Below, one piece after another: positions 46,540 to 56,262 of a DNA stretch of 64,000 bases (within the stretch, counting starts at the first letter, position 1; every line of letters begins with the position of its first letter). The stretch lies in assembly GCA_937625935.1 (NCBI GenBank), contig OW569354.1, positions 496,001-560,000 on the forward strand, in the 5' to 3' direction. The notes below the pieces were generated by a model. The model saw nothing but the letters and a program-made list of their open reading frames with translations, made no database searches and was not told the origin of the DNA. The translations under genes were made by a program, and so were the position numbers. Source of the stretch: Tetramitus jugosus (Eukaryota > Protista > Heterolobosea).

Positions 46540-46923
46540 TCAACAGGTCAACACACACAAACCTGGTTGCAAATGTTCATTCACATGAATTGATTGCTGA
46601 TTGCATCTTTCCACTTGAATACAATCAATTAACAAAGATATTTGTTGAGGTGTTTGTTTGATCCTGTCCAGATGTTGGCCTCCTCTGCTCTTGATTGATT
46701 TTATGGATTGGAACCACACACTGAAATTTCTAAGTTGTTTAATGCAATCGTCTTTTCCTTCAACAATAAATACTGTATCATTCAAAATTGCATGCAGCAC
46801 CAGCATAATACTTTCAATCGAGCTCACGTCTGATGAGTATGCCTTCTTCACTTTTTCATACATTCTTGTTAGAATACCGAGCAATTTTTCTATTGTTATT
46901 GTAGTATTATTTCGAGTAGACAT
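46540..46923 (-). CDS. Hypothetical helical protein, possibly a pseudogene fragment
   Basis: 127-aa ORF with ATG start in AT-rich sequence. Confidence 0.35.
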   Translation of the reverse strand: MSTRNNTTITIEKLLGILTRMYEKVKKAYSSDVSSIESIMLVLHAILNDTVFIVEGKDDCIKQLRNFSVWFQSIKSIKSRGGQHLDRIKQTPQQISLLIDCIQVERCNQQSIHVNEHLQPGLCVLTC

Positions 46924-47124
46924 AATAACTCTTTATCACATTCGAAGAATATGGGAATGAAGAAAAAGTGTAAGATGTTTAAGAATTGGAGCTCGATAGA
47001 TTAGAATAACCTAAAATTTGAATGAATCCGAAGTTCATCAGACACTGGATCTTCAATACTTGCTGTCATTAGTGAGCAAACATGAGAAGAGTAACCTCAA
47101 TGGGAGAAACTTCAATAATACTGA

Positions 47125-47317
47125 GGGAGCGTCCAGATATTATTTCTTACGCCCCCCTAGGGAGGGGGTATGAGAAATTTATTCAAATAGTTATTCATAT
47201 CCCAATCCTAGTAGGAGAATTAATGTAACGTTCGAATTTACAGGAAAATGTGTTATTCAAATTTATTCAAAACAGGCAGGGAGGGGTCAGATGTGAACAT
47301 AATATCTGGACGCTCCC
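47125..47317. mobile_element. MITE (PIF/Harbinger-like), copy 1
   Basis: Perfect 19-bp TIR GGGAGCGTCCAGATATTAT, 3-bp TSD TGA on both sides, 193 bp. Confidence 0.9.
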
Positions 47318-49485
47318 TGAGAAAGAGTGTTTAACATACAAAGTCATATATCAAAGTGGTCACCTTTTTCATCAACAATAAATAGTTTCATAGAATGCGA
47401 TTGTAAATTTGAATATTATCGATTGACCAATGAAAAATGGATACAAACACTTTAATCCATATAACATTAACAAAATAATCTAATAAAATATCACCAAAAC
47501 CCCTGGACAAACAAGATGAATTGCCAGGAAAGGGATGTAGACCATTATCTTCATCATCACCTATAGATATATAATTGGACCCAATTGCGAAGTCAGTAGT
47601 TTAATTTACGAATTAAAAAAGGAAATGTTAAGAAATGTTTCGTTGTTGTGGAAGCAGTTCGGAGGGGAAGCGTTTCATTGCTTGACCAGCATCCTTCCCA
47701 ATCTGTTCACCTTGAGTATCCATCCATCAGTCCAATCAGTGAACTCAGAGGAATATTTGAAATAGGGTGAATACATGTGTTCACTACTCATGCCACTTGG
47801 AAGATTGAACATCGATCAATGGATTACTGTCTTCAACCAACAATTTTAAAGTTGTAAGGATGAAAGAATAGCACATATCGAGGCAGATTCAACCCTCACT
47901 TCATGTTCATTCCCAGGAAGCCTCATCACTTTTTTAAAGGAATTAGGAGTGAAAACTGAGTTGACAAATTTTTTCACTCCAAATCCGGTGATGGCAAAAA
48001 TGATTTAATCTTTCCTCATCTCGTGTCTTTCGTACTGCAACAAACAACAATAATAATAATGTCGAAAAATAAAATAAAAACAAGAGAGCTTCAACAACCC
48101 AATCATCTCAAGATTCAAAGAAGAAGAGAGGTCCTAATCATACAAATTTGGAATCAAAGAAATTTGGAACTTGATCTTCCAGAAAGAGAGGCCTCAGATT
48201 ACAAGAAAAAGATTTCCGATTCATTTTCTTTGTGGAGACGCGAATTATCGATTGGTCTTGATGATCTCGAATGTGGTGATGATGTTGTATTGATGATTAA
48301 CAATAAGGCCGTTGGTATTGCCTCTCTTAACTGGTTTGGTGTTGACTCCAACAGTATTACAAGTTTTGCAGTCATATTAACCAACTTGTTACTGGAATGT
48401 CTCTTGGTAATCCTGGAACCAAAAGGAGATGGCAGAGCTTGATATATCAAGAGGTTCTAAGGTCTGTCCAAGATGCTATCATCGAGATCAAAGGAGGTGT
48501 TAGCGAAAACGAAAAGATGGTGTTTGTTTCCCTTCCCCTGAAATGTATTCGTAGAAGGTGATCCTGTCCTAAAATCGAATTTTGAATGATTTGGAACGAT
48601 TTACAACAAAAAACAACAAACAGAAAGAAAATCGCAACGCAACCTGATTATGATAGGGAAATATCTTCAATGGACAACGTAATACGTTAATTATTCCATA
48701 CGATGCCATGTCATGAACAAGTTTATTATGAGATAGACGACTTGTTTTCACTCGTAGCTTATAAGAATAAATTATAAGCAAATAGGTTTTCAATGACTGT
48801 TTTTAACGGATTTCTACCTTTTATTGAAAGCAATATCATCTGGATACAATTCTCTTTGGTATACATATACGGCAATACTACTTTCTTCCAGTAATAACCT
48901 TTGAATCCTTTATCTAGGGTATTATACTCATCAGAATCAAGATTCTCCCAAACGAAATTCTCTGGAAGTGCAACCAAGGGAGAGTCCGTCTTACTTCCAA
49001 TATACGTATCTGGTAAAGAATGTATAACCATTAGCACGAACACAAGTTTGGTAAATGTATAGTCACACTTCTTTCCAGAAGACAAACTCTTTTCAATTAA
49101 CTTCACAATCTCTTACTAACAGGTTGTTCAACCCCTACTTTTATATGAATTTGTTTTTAATTAACTCCCAGACTCTTTAATACTCCGGGGAGGTAAACAG
49201 ACGACATTCTGCATATTCATCATACTTTCGTCTCTTACTGCTGGGGTGTGGTTTGAACCCGGGCCTTTTCGTTCATTATTGATTGTTTCATTTTGTTTGT
49301 TCTTTGAATTCATGAACTTCTGAACAGCATTACCATCACTGAATGAAGCTATTATCTCACATATATCCTTCCTATATAGATTGCAACGAGCTCCTTCAAC
49401 TTGGATATAACAAACTTTGCTGGGAGTGTAGCGTTAACCTCATTCTGATGAAATTCACACCGCGGAGGATCCAAGAAACAAAAGT

Positions 49486-49567
49486 CGCCCACTGTAGGAT
49501 TCGAACCTACGCGGGATGAACCCAACGCATTAGCAGTGCGCCGCCTTAACCACTCGGCCAAATGAGC
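49486..49567 (-). tRNA. tRNA-Ser (GCT)
   Basis: 82 nt: GCTCATT/AGTGGGC acceptor stem, TGGCCGAGTGG A-box, GCGCA-CTGCTAA-TGCGT anticodon arm, long variable arm, GGTTCGAATCC. Confidence 0.95.
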
Positions 49568-49623
49568 TTGATATTTCGTTACATGGTAGATATACCAAAA
49601 CTGCTATTTTGAACTGAGGTTGC

Positions 49624-51010
49624 AACGCCGATGAAAAAACGAACACACACCCCTGTTGTTCGCGAGTATGAGAATCCACGCTATGCTGTGTGGACCACAG
49701 CACCAAGAGGAACTGCTCCAAGCAGCAAGGAGGTCATCATCACTGGAAAGTGTGATGACTCTCCCAAGGCTGCCTTGGCCAAGAAGATTGGCTTGGATTT
49801 TGGTGATTTGCTCACCAGGGTCCAAGTCATCAAGAAGGGCCCCAAGAGGTTTGTTGCGTGGGTAACTGTTGTTGATGACAACATTTACCCATTTGTTGAA
49901 TCCTTCAACCGCAACAAGAAGATGAGTGGCTGCAAGGCAGCACTCAAGCACAACGTAGATTGTGCCAAGAAGGTCGTCCTCCACGGAGTTAAAGGTAAGA
50001 CTGAGGACGACATCAAGGCCATGCTTGGCACAACAAAGGTCAAGAACGTGCTCAAGAAGCACGACACCTCCTTTGTTGTGATGGAGTCCGAAACGTATGC
50101 CGAAGCTTTGCTTCGGAACGTTCAATCCATGCCAGTGGAGGTGGAAGCAAAACGCTTCCTTCCACGCCCACGTGATCCGGTCAAGGCTGTCAGCAAGAGG
50201 CTGACCAAGATGTACCAAGAGCTCCTGGCTGTGGTGGACGACCTGCGCCACCAAGTCAGTGTGTTAAAAGATATGGCTTCCGTCAACCGGATTCCCCTCG
50301 CATCCCCGTCTCCAAGGACGCCGGAGCGAATCTCCGAATTCGAACCTTCGACTCCGTCTACGACCGATGACTGGGAGTCGATCTTGCCGGAGTCCCATCC
50401 CGCCACTCCAACTACGGTCACCCAAGAGCCAACCAACAACACCATTGATGAGGATGCTCGTAACAGAGCAATCCTCGAGCTAGTATTGAACACCTCCGAG
50501 GTGTTCAAGAAAGTCAAGAAAGAGATTGCTGCCCGAGCAATCATGGTGGACCGTGCAAGAAGCACAACCACCGAAGAAGATCCAGTTGAGTTGGATCTCA
50601 GTAACCCTGACTGTGAGTTACAGAGTCCCCAACTCAACGAACACAAGAAGCGATCAGCACGTGTCACCGTTGGTGACACTGCTGCCAACAAGATCCCGGC
50701 CAGGTTGGCCAGTATCAAGTCAGGTGCTCTCCGTAGGTCCTACCAACTGGCTAGGACTACGGAGCCATCTGATCTCACCAGTGGTGCTCCAGATGGTAGT
50801 GGAGGCCCTCGCAACGAATCCCTGAAGAAGGGATCAAAACAACATTCCAAGAAGAGAATGAATCCTGTTGCGTAGGCCTGCCACTCCACTGGGCAAGCAC
50901 CACATCATGTTAGACAATTGAGAGCAGGCAAGCCTGCTCTCACGCAAAAGAAAAATAAAAGTTCCGCAACGTGGTGCGTGAGCACCATTTGTTGTATTAA
51001 AAAAAAAAAA
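49624..51010 (+). mobile_element. ORF1-only non-autonomous retroelement nested upstream of tRNA-Ser
   Basis: Exact 15-bp TSD TTGAACTGAGGTTGC at 49609-49623 and 51011-51025, A12 tail, one ORF and no RT. Confidence 0.9.
49631..50875 (+). CDS. Putative retrotransposon ORF1 (gag-like) protein
   Basis: 414 aa, higher GC than the flanks. The basic N-terminal alpha/beta region is RRM-like (KVVLHGV...TEDDIKAML...FVVME...A.ALL), followed by a coiled coil and a Pro/Ser/Thr-rich linker. It lies inside a TSD-flanked poly(A) element. Confidence 0.7.
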   Translation: MKKRTHTPVVREYENPRYAVWTTAPRGTAPSSKEVIITGKCDDSPKAALAKKIGLDFGDLLTRVQVIKKGPKRFVAWVTVVDDNIYPFVESFNRNKKMSGCKAALKHNVDCAKKVVLHGVKGKTEDDIKAMLGTTKVKNVLKKHDTSFVVMESETYAEALLRNVQSMPVEVEAKRFLPRPRDPVKAVSKRLTKMYQELLAVVDDLRHQVSVLKDMASVNRIPLASPSPRTPERISEFEPSTPSTTDDWESILPESHPATPTTVTQEPTNNTIDEDARNRAILELVLNTSEVFKKVKKEIAARAIMVDRARSTTTEEDPVELDLSNPDCELQSPQLNEHKKRSARVTVGDTAANKIPARLASIKSGALRRSYQLARTTEPSDLTSGAPDGSGGPRNESLKKGSKQHSKKRMNPVA

Positions 51011-52689
51011 TTGAACTGAGGTTGCCTGATTCTGCCAAAATTGTACTCTGGTTTGACGGTGCGATATATGAAAAGGGCAAGATTATGCCACGAAATGTCA
51101 AGCGATCACCAGAAGGACTGTTGGAGGGACTAATGGGCAAAGAGGGAGGTTTTAGGAAAGAGCTACTGGACTCAATGATGCTCTCCGGCAGGAAACAAAA
51201 GGAGGCAGAGAAAGTAATAAGAGGTATGGTGGACTCCATGAAGAGGGCCTGTCAAAGCACTTCACAAGGTATATATTAACTCCGTCGTGAAGAGGAGTGA
51301 AACACTGCTCAGCACCTGACGGTGCTGAGCGGAATCATGACTCTGCAGCGGTGTATTGAATAAAGAGGCAACAATTGTTGTATGGAAAAAAAAAACTGCT
51401 ATTTTGCAAAAAACAAAGGCGTACGATGGTGCACCAGAACATGCATCTTTCTTCAACATGTGCACTCTGGATAATTTACGCTCTCTCGTGCTAATTGACA
51501 AGTTACGTATTATTGATGATGCATTTTCAGTGTACCGTATGTCAGATAGCACTCTGAGCGAATTAGAAATGGTATTTCGTGCTGTAGTATCGATTGGTAC
51601 TTCGAAGTGTGAAATTCAGTATTGCTAGTGTTTGGGATGATATCAATAGGGACAGTGAAAACCTAGTTTATATATTATTTGTGATTATATACCTACACAT
51701 ACAATAGCAATAGGGATCACGCAGAGATGAGTCTATCAGATTTCGGGTTACAGCATTTAACCGCTATTAGCGACGCTCCTCATAATATTGCTGGATCAGA
51801 CGATCAGGTACAATGTTATTATTTCAGAGTTATCTAGTGCTGGTTGATCGGTATGATGATATTATTCGTGCTCACAGATCTGCTATGAATCATAGTGATC
51901 GGCCGAGAAGTATTTTTTGGGGCGACCGAAATAGAAATAGGGCCTCCAGTTGAATTACCGAGCCAGAGTATAGATTTTGTGAGTTCATCTGAAGATTTAC
52001 CTCTGCATGATATATTACCAGCGAATGATGTTGATGGTGACATGATTATGCAAGACACTCTGACACAGACAGCAGAGACATCTCAACTGAGTGCAACAGA
52101 TGCATCTGAATAAACAGATTTGAGAGCTAAGCATGGTTTGACAGGGGATGTGACATCTGATCTGTATATTCCACTCCGATCAATGCTTGCAAGAATCTGG
52201 GATGCAGAGACAGAAGAAAATAACATCACCGGCTGCAACAAAGAGGAGAGCCCCTGAATCAATTGTAACTCCCACTACTAAGAATAGGCGATCTTCCAGA
52301 TGGAACTGGAGCATGAAAATGTGAATCTTCTTGCAAGAAACCTTTGCCATCTAGGATCAAAGGAGAAGCCTCTAGCTTATTGCTCACAAATGTTCCAGGA
52401 AAGCAGATAAGTTGTTGTCAGCTCAACATAGCGAGTTACAGATCAATACTAGTGTATCAGTCACTCACAACAAGATCCTTGTTGCAACAGGGACGATCAC
52501 AGCAAGTATTGGAAGCTGAGTTACAAGAAGGTACAATACAAACAGATTGCAAAATACACGTATGTTGCAAAAAGTATTTCAACCATCTTCTATTTATGCC
52601 ACAATTGGTTCAGACAAAAGGGCTTCTTCGGATTAAATATTTAGATGAAGTTCACTTTGTTTCGAAAGATTTAGAGAAATAAGGGATTT

Positions 52690-53667
52690 TCACTGCTTGG
52701 GAAGCGTCTCGTTGTGCCAACATGAGACTGTACATAAGAGAGACTCTCGATAACGTCCATTGTAATCATATCTTTGCTTGACAATTGGTTTTAATGTTCG
52801 ATGAATGGTGTTGTCAATAATGCATCTGATATCCTTTCCTAAATGACTATGGCGTTCACTGTTCAACTTATTTGGAATATATTTGATGAATTGTTCCACC
52901 AAAAATGGAAGAATGAAATCGAGAACAGCAGTTACATAGAACGCAGAGATTCCAAACATAAAAGGAAGTTGAAAAGTTGTAGGATAACCGATGACAAATA
53001 ATAGGGCAAGAATCAACTTTTTTTCAATAGACATTGACAGATTATCCTTCTTACCGACCACTATAATCTTAATTTCTTCCAAAATTATAAGATGTCGCTC
53101 AAACGCTTGATTTGTCATCCAATTGAGATAAACGTTGATGTGTTTTTGATTTGATCTTTCCACGACCCTTACCCAAATTTGTAAACAACATCTTCTTCAT
53201 TTCATTGGATTCCTTTCTCTCTTCTCTTTTATCTCTTTTATCATTCAGTTGTTCAGTTTTCTCTTCTTTCTTCTTCATGTCTCTGCTTTTGTCTATCTTT
53301 TGATGCTTGATTGAAATCGAGGTAATCAGAAGCATGTGCTCACATCAGACGATGATACTGATCCCTCATTGCTTTGTTGGTCAACGTCCTGAATGTTTCT
53401 CAGTCTTGGTGATGGCTCTCGGACTTGATCGGATGTTGGTGTAATGTCACGTGGAAATGGTTCATTTCGCATAACTTGATCAACAGCGTCATTGATATCT
53501 TCCGTGTCATCTTCCAACTGTTCATCGATCAAGTCGACTATTCGCTTCCTCTTCTTACTTCCTGTGACTGCTCATTGCTTGATTTTATTTCTTCTTCTCA
53601 AACAATCAATGTGATTTCTCAAATGGAATTCGCTGCGACCCAGTTCTTTGATCTTCTCTTCCTTCAT
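52690..53667 (-). pseudogene. Frameshifted, truncated PIF/Harbinger/ISL2EU-type DDE transposase
   Basis: SIEKKLILALLFVIGYPTTFQLPFMFGIS (HTH_Tnp_4-like) then IRCIIDNTIHRTLKP...YNG (first Asp of DDE_Tnp_4). The later D/E residues are absent and the upstream part is split across frames. Confidence 0.75.
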
Positions 53668-53726
53668 GATTTTATACCAACTACCTTTATGGTAGTGATA
53701 AAAATCAGTAACGAACAATCAAGTGT

Positions 53727-53931
53727 AGGAGCGTCTGTATATTATTTCTTACGGTCCCCTAGGGAGGGTCTGAAATATTTATTCAAATATTTATTCATAG
53801 GGGGTCTTTTGATCCCAATCCAAGTAGGAGAATTAATATAACGTTCGAATTTACAGGAAAATGTGTTATTCAAATTTATTCAAAACAGGCAGGGATGAGG
53901 TCAGAGGTGAATATAATATCTGGACGCTCCC
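53727..53931. mobile_element. MITE copy 2, adjacent to the transposase remnant
   Basis: Collinear with 47125-47317. The right TIR is perfect and the left TIR has 3 mismatches. Confidence 0.88.
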
Positions 53932-54307
53932 ACACTTGATTCTTCGTTTGTAATTCTTTTATTTTTTGTTTTCTTTCCAATATTCGGTGATGATGGAGAA
54001 GATGGTGATTGAAAGCCTTTGAGTTGAAGGAGATGCTGGAATTATAGATGGTGATTGTTGTGATTGCTCGGGTACTTGCTGGGATGACGATGTCGAATGG
54101 TTGTTGTTTTGTTTTTTTTGGTGATGTTGGCTGATTTTATGCAAGAAAAAAACTGGAAGGAAGAACAAAAAAGCTCTACAGTTCCGATTTTATGAGTCAG
54201 CTCGTGCATGTGATTTCCAAAGCAATGCTTCCTAGTATTCGGGGAAAATCATTTCGACCGTCTTTTAGGAAAGTCTTGCCCGAAGGTCGACAATTCAACA
54301 AAGAAAA

Positions 54308-55339
54308 ATGCACCTCAACAACAGAACCATCGATGTCGCATTTATTACATGTGCAGACTATCCAGCCATGAGTGATGATGACCTCGTCTTCATCCACAAG
54401 TTCAAGACTTTGTTCCCACAGAGAAAAATTGAATTCATCACTTGGACCAACTTTTTCGATGGAAGTGATGGAACAGGAGGAGATGACTCTCAATCTCCTC
54501 TAGCAAAAACTAGAGAGTACTTTAGTAATGTTAAGCTTGTGGTGTTGCGATCTGTTTGGGATTATCATCCCAAGCACAAACAGTTTATGGATTGGTTGAC
54601 TGCTGTTGCTGAAAGTGCTGCTTGTGTCTTGAATTCACGAGAGGCTATTGTTTGGAACTCTAACAAGATGTATTTGAAGGAGTTGAGAGATGTGACCGGT
54701 GTGTCTATTGTTCCCAGTTATTTCATGGAGTTGGACAAGGAGCAACTGGATAGTGCACATCTAAGAAGAGTCTGTGAGGAGAATGGTTGGAGTGATATTA
54801 TTCTGAAACCTTGCATATCTGCTGGATCATTCGGTGTAGAGAAGTTGAAGATGGAAGACTTGATAGATCAAAATGAACTCTTGACCAGTATTCTCAACAG
54901 TGAAAAACCATATGTGATGCAACCATTTGTTTCGTCCATTTTGAAACATGGTGAATACTCTCTTCTCTTCTTCAATGGTACGTTCTCGCATGCCAAGCAA
55001 AAAACATTGAAACCTGGTACTTTTACTTGGTCATCTTATGATGATGTGACTCCAGATCAAAGTGCAATGATTCTTGCTCAAAAGGTTCTTGACTCAGCAA
55101 TTGAGTTAATTCCAGTTAAGAAGAACAACGAAGTAACTTGCTCTAATTATCCTCTACTGTATGCACGCGTCGATCTATTAGTCGACGAAAATGGTAATTA
55201 CATGCTGGGAGAGCTGGAAATATTCGAACCTCTGCTCTACTTTAACGACCTTGAAGAGGAAGATCAGACCAAGGCTGCTGAACTCATGGCCAATACAATT
55301 CAAAGTTGGCTTAACAACATTGACAACCACAATCCTTAA
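54308..55339 (+). CDS. ATP-grasp ligase (RimK/glutathione-synthetase-like, bacterial type)
   Basis: VVLRSVWDY, N....WNSNK.YL.EL, ILKP.ISAGS, QPFV..I...GEYSLLFFNG.FSHA, LYARVDL and ELEIFEP.LYF. Confidence 0.85.
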   Translation: MHLNNRTIDVAFITCADYPAMSDDDLVFIHKFKTLFPQRKIEFITWTNFFDGSDGTGGDDSQSPLAKTREYFSNVKLVVLRSVWDYHPKHKQFMDWLTAVAESAACVLNSREAIVWNSNKMYLKELRDVTGVSIVPSYFMELDKEQLDSAHLRRVCEENGWSDIILKPCISAGSFGVEKLKMEDLIDQNELLTSILNSEKPYVMQPFVSSILKHGEYSLLFFNGTFSHAKQKTLKPGTFTWSSYDDVTPDQSAMILAQKVLDSAIELIPVKKNNEVTCSNYPLLYARVDLLVDENGNYMLGELEIFEPLLYFNDLEEEDQTKAAELMANTIQSWLNNIDNHNP

Positions 55340-55445
55340 ACTTTCCTACGGAATAAATACAGCACGTCTCCGTCTCGACTCTGTAACCAAGATTCCTGGG
55401 CTAGCTTGGAATTGTTGTAAACTATCACACCCGAGATCAAAAGTG

Positions 55446-55518
55446 TGCCGAAAGCGTGGATCGAACACGCGACCTTAAGATCTTCAGTCTCACGCTCTCC
55501 CAACTGAGCTATTTCGGC
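55446..55518 (-). tRNA. tRNA-Phe (GAA)
   Basis: GCCGAAA/TTTCGGC acceptor stem, TGAGA-CTGAAGA-TCTTA anticodon arm, GTTCGATC T-loop. Confidence 0.95.
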
Positions 55519-55668
55519 TCCATGTAAGTAATGAACGTCTCAATCTAGCCGTCGCGAGACCCGCCGTTGAGAAATATTTATATTGTATATATTTATATCG
55601 ATCAGAGTTTTTACAGTAATTTGCGTTATGTTTATGATTGGTATTGTTTACAGGTGAGTTATTTGGCT

Positions 55669-56105
55669 CTACTTTTGTTTGTCATTGTCAGATTGATTAT
55701 TCTCCTCTTGAATTCCAGCTTGATTCATCAAATCGCCAATACTCTTTTCAAGTTCGTCAATTCTAGAACCCATGTCATCAACTGTTGTGTGATGCAATTT
55801 TATTGTCATTCAAATATGGATATTTGGTGTTAGTTACTACTGTAAGCAAAGAAGAACAGACATGATAGTACGAAAAATATGAAGAAAACATACTTCTCTT
55901 AATAATGGTATCACTCATCTCTTGGAATCTTCCTTGCTGCAAGTTGAAAAAAGATTTTGGTGAGTTGAGAGTTGTTCGTTGCATGATGGTAGTACACATG
56001 TGTGAGATATCATCAATGAAGAAAGCTTACCATTTGTTGCAACAAATTTTGAACAAATATGGTCAATTCTTGAGTACCCTGTGGTGGTTGATTGCTGTCA
56101 CTCAT
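55669..56105 (-). CDS. HSBP1: Heat shock factor-binding protein 1, 3 exons (56031-56105, 55894-55936, 55669-55781)
   Basis: Spliced product ELTIFVQNLLQQM|QGRFQEMSDTIIKR|IDDMGSRIDELEKSIGDLMNQAG. Confidence 0.93.
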
Positions 56106-56262
56106 TGTTGTATGTGATTCGTTTGTTTTCTGTGTTTTTGCTTTCAAGTTTGATGCTTTTGTGTCGGTTTTACGAGCTTGCTCATTTCGGCGCCAAAAAC
56201 AACTGGAGCTGCCAAACACACGAAAAAAAACCAAAGCAAAAACAATCCTTGTCTCTGCGAAA

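Larger units (their letters stand above)
49612..51391 (+). mobile_element. Older, heavily 5'-truncated non-LTR element (body about 51011-51391) upstream of tRNA-Ser, interrupted by a nested insertion
   Basis: TSD AAAACTGCTATTTTG at 49597-49611 and 51392-51406, with poly(A) from 51386. Encodes ELRLPDSAKIVLWFDG..EKGK...LLEGLMG, homologous to the C-terminus of the 10938-11981 ORF. Confidence 0.88.

Noticed and set aside
47330-49150. AT-rich ORF fragments (48023-48442, 48759-49106 and others)
   Set aside because: Short, stop-ridden and without recognisable motifs. Probably decayed sequence that cannot be assigned.
49241-49270. B-box-like GGGTTCAAACC on the minus strand, downstream of tRNA-Ser
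   Set aside because: No cloverleaf or A-box could be built. It may be chance or a relic.
49352-49561. 69-aa ORF MAEWLRRRTAN...
   Set aside because: It is a translation of the tRNA-Ser gene.
51410-52680. ORF fragments between the retroelements and the transposase remnant
   Set aside because: Multiple stops and no recognisable domain.
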